Of a stretch of DNA of 64,000 bases, positions 63,877 through 64,000 are shown piece by piece (the stretch's first letter is position 1; the number at the start of each line of letters is the position of its first letter). The notes beneath the pieces are model-generated. The model made no database searches. It was not told the DNA's origin and saw nothing but the letters and a program-made list of their open reading frames with translations. The DNA is from an uncultured Bacteroidota bacterium (GTDB lineage Bacteria > Bacteroidota > Bacteroidia > Flavobacteriales > Flavobacteriaceae): assembly GCA_902616905.1 (NCBI GenBank), contig CACMUP010000001.1, positions 42,722 through 106,721 on the forward strand. The letters are read 5' to 3'. The position numbers were made by a program, and so were the translations under genes.

Positions 63877-64000
63877 TCAAATAGCTTTTAAAATTGGGAG
63901 AGTAAAGTGTTCAAATTCTTCAGCAGTTGCTTTGATACATTTTATTGTTTCAAAAAAATATTTTATTTTTTTTGGACTTAATTTTTTTTCTATTTCAGAA
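63877..64000 (-). CDS. 3' end of an upstream ORF continuing beyond the window (function unknown)
   Basis: The frame is open from the window edge to TGA at 63879-63877 (...SEIEKKLSPKKIKYFFETIKCIKATAEEFEHFTLPILKAI*), ending 2 nt before the ACAD start. It is too short to identify. Confidence 0.3.
   Translation of the reverse strand, partial: SEIEKKLSPKKIKYFFETIKCIKATAEEFEHFTLPILKAI

Overview
The window is AT-rich by eye and looks like a marine Flavobacteriia (Bacteroidota) chromosome. It splits into two very different halves.

**Bases 1-25550: densely packed core housekeeping DNA.**
- The distal S10 operon, the complete spc operon and the alpha ribosomal-protein operon run from the rpsC 3' end through rplQ. 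They include secY, infA, an rpmJ missing from the ORF track, and rpoA.
- Then come carA, eno, gltA, argS, a divergent proteorhodopsin/blh light-harvesting pair, ffh, folD, queE, a DUF1343/NamZ-family gene, an FtsX/LolE-like permease and a cysteine-synthase-family gene.

**Bases 25688-62043: about 36 kb devoted almost entirely to cell-surface machinery.**
- Three giant secreted proteins (5606, about 1973 and 2101 aa) each carry a type IX secretion (T9SS) type-B C-terminal sorting domain.
- Each giant gene has its own adjacent PorP/SprF-like outer-membrane gene.
- Accessory genes accompany them: a PorE-like TPR/PD40/OmpA protein, a repeat-rich lipoprotein, two MORN-variant lipoproteins and an unannotated 50-aa ORF.

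The window ends with a long acyl-CoA dehydrogenase gene.

I found no rRNA, tRNA, CRISPR array, transposase, integrase or recognisable defence or toxin system.

**Observations most worth a second look:**
- A nearly identical 903-bp-period tandem duplication inside the 16.8-kb gene.
- A roughly 60-85 aa module that recurs six times nested inside Ig-like units of that gene.
- A PorP/SprF-like gene whose signal peptide is encoded in frame but preceded by ATC rather than a canonical start codon.
- A tightly coupled cargo/PorP-like/PorE-like/lipoprotein operon.
- A SPOR-like insertion inside an OmpA-like domain.

All calls come from reading the translated ORFs and the DNA. No database search was run.
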